In this document: in pieces, positions 62,103 to 64,000 of the stretch
Layout: every line of letters begins with the position of its first letter
How positions within the stretch are numbered: position 1 is the stretch's first letter
Assembly: GCA_038087875.1 (NCBI GenBank)
Contig: CM075989.1
Span: 2,914,001-2,978,000, forward strand
Length of the DNA stretch: 64,000 nt
Source: Malacoraja senta
Taxonomy: Eukaryota
Direction of reading: 5' to 3'
Program-made: the position numbers and the translations under genes
Notes under the pieces: generated by a model
Database searches by the model: none
Told to the model about the DNA's origin: nothing
Seen by the model: only the letters and a program-made list of their open reading frames with translations

Positions 62103-62520
62103 GGGGTCCATACTCGCTGGAGTTGAGAAGGATGCGAGGCGACCTCCTTGAAACTTACCAAATAGTGAAAGGCCTGGATAGAGTGGATGTGGAGAGGTTG
62201 TTTCCACTCGTGGGAGAGTCCAGGACCAGAGGACACAGCCTCAGAATAACAGGACGTACAGTTAGAAAGGAGATGAGGAGGAATTTCTTTAGTCAGAGGG
62301 TGGTGAATTTGTGGAATTCTTTGCCACAGAAGGCTGTGGAGTTCGTCAATGGATATTTTTAAGGTGGAGAGTGATAGAATCTTATTTAATAAGGGTGTCA
62401 GGAGTTATGGGGAGAAGGCAGGAGAATGGGGTCGAGAGGGAAAGATAGATCAGCCATGATTGAATGGCAGAGTAGATTTGATGGGTCGAATGGCCTAATT
62501 CTGCTTCTAAAACATGAACT
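62103..62520 (+). mobile_element. CR1 3' fragment bracketed by ~92-96-nt direct repeats
   Basis: YSLELRRMRGDLLETYQIVKG...FFSQRVVNLWNSLP. Confidence 0.88.
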
Positions 62521-63010
62521 TATATGCAGTACACATATAAGCTGGCAAACAACGAGCTTCATCTCAAATCTGTTGCTACGGCTTTCGTATCTGAGGAGCA
62601 GAGTCTGTTTCTGAAATGAGCCTAAACTACATTTAATACAAGTCCTTGCCATTATTTAATTCAAGGGCAAGGTGCTGCAGATGCGGCAAATTCGACTCAT
62701 CAACAGAGTTTGCTGGAAATAATCAGTAGGCCAAGCAATAGCAAAGGGAAGAGACAGAGAAAACGTTTCAGGTCACTGATCAACTGCAGCAACATTAGTT
62801 AGTCTTTGTCACTTTGTCGTTTACTCCTCCCCCCCCCCCCCCCCCTCCACTCGCCTGTATCCACCTATCACTTGACAGGCTTTGTCCCACCACCAAAGAT
62901 AGACACAGAAAGCTGGAGTATCTCAGCGGATCAGGCTGCATCCCTGGAGAGAAGGAAAAGTTGACGTTTCGGGTCATCATCCTTGTTCACCCATACAGAC
63001 AGCACCCGTA

Positions 63011-63061
63011 ATAATAATAATAATAGATTTTTATTTATATAGCGCTTTTCAGGACTCAAAG
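63011..63061 (-). mobile_element. 51-nt L2 3' tail inserted in a SINE fragment
   Basis: Same tail as 32535-32767; TSD CCCGTA (63005-63010, 63062-63067). Confidence 0.85.
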
Positions 63062-63691
63062 CCCGTAGTCAGGATCTAACCCAGGTCTCTAGTGCTGTAA
63101 AGGCAGCAACTCTAACGCTGTGTCTTTTAAATATTGTTCCAGTCCTTGCCTCAACTACCTCCTCTGGCAGCTCGTTCCATATACCCACCACCCTCTGTGT
63201 GAAAAGAAGCCCGTGAATGAATGTGCTTCTAAATTTTCTCTGGTGACTATGAAGAAGGTCATTGTTGGTCCACAACCAATCATTTGGATAATCAGTCGTT
63301 GGAGATGTGAACAAACCTCTGGACACAAATCCTTTACCCCCTCTCCCATTTCTAGCATCATGACCTTATCTCACTGCATATCATCGAGGATGCCTTGGAA
63401 ACAAGATTTTTTAAAATAAAATAGGCCTTTCTTTCAAAACACCACACGTCATAAAGTGAGCACTTAGTTTATTTGATGAATGCATCGGTTGTTTCCTCTG
63501 TTTCTCTAAAATACAGATCATACTGCAGATGCAACGTTTCATTACTGAGTGCTGATGGCCATTTTCAATGCAGTGAGTTGATTTGTGGTGATCTCATAGG
63601 GAAAGGTTTACGGGTGACTCATCGGATCAGCAAACGTTGGCATTTGTCATGGAGGAAGTCCGTAACTATTTCAAACACACAGATCTCGAAT

Positions 63692-63960
63692 TGGCAGTGG
63701 TACAGCTGGTAGAGCTGTTGCCTCACAGCACCAGAGACCCGGGTTCGATCCTGACCTCAGCTAATGTCTGCGTGGAGTTTTGCACGTTTTTCCTGCGACT
63801 ACCTAGGTTTCCTCCGGTTCACTCCCACATCCCAAAGACGTGTGGGTTTGTAGGTTGGTTGGCCTCTGTAAATTGCCCCTAATATGTAGGGAGTGGATGA
63901 GAAAGTGGAATAACATAGAACTAGTGTGAGAGGGTGACAACTTGTAGACATGGACTTGGA
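63692..63960 (+). mobile_element. HE1-related SINE
   Basis: TGGTACAGCTGGTAGAG...GGTTCGATCC. Confidence 0.8.
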
Positions 63961-64000
63961 TGTGATTTAGGATCAGGTTTATTATTGTGACGAGGTACAG

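Overview
This is repeat-dense, non-coding vertebrate DNA. The HE1-type tRNA-derived SINEs and HER1/CR1 LINEs point to a cartilaginous fish, probably a skate or ray (inference). I found no convincing host protein-coding gene, rRNA, genuine tRNA or CRISPR array, so the window looks like a large intron or intergenic region, with one 200-N gap at 48870-49069. Nearly all coding-like ORFs are transposon relics. Main elements: (1) a full-length DIRS1-type tyrosine-recombinase retrotransposon (36632-41462) with gag, RT, RNase H, adenine-methyltransferase-like and YR domains, perfect terminal repeats/ICR but broken ORFs; (2) a defective Tc1 DD34E transposon (53610-~55545); (3) two related non-autonomous Helitrons; (4) a composite hAT element with an 8-bp TSD; (5) six PIF/Harbinger-like MITEs; (6) many CR1, Rex1/Babar, L2 and Penelope fragments; (7) a probable solo LTR. 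The most interesting signals are RNA-structural. A ~142-nt TSD-flanked retroposon, split by a CR1 insertion, has a 5' end that folds as a minimal CPEB3-type HDV-like ribozyme. Many ~130-nt Penelope-derived elements are headed by minimal hammerhead motifs. A GC-rich non-coding retroposon family has covarying hairpins. Coordinates were read by eye, and degraded-repeat boundaries are approximate.
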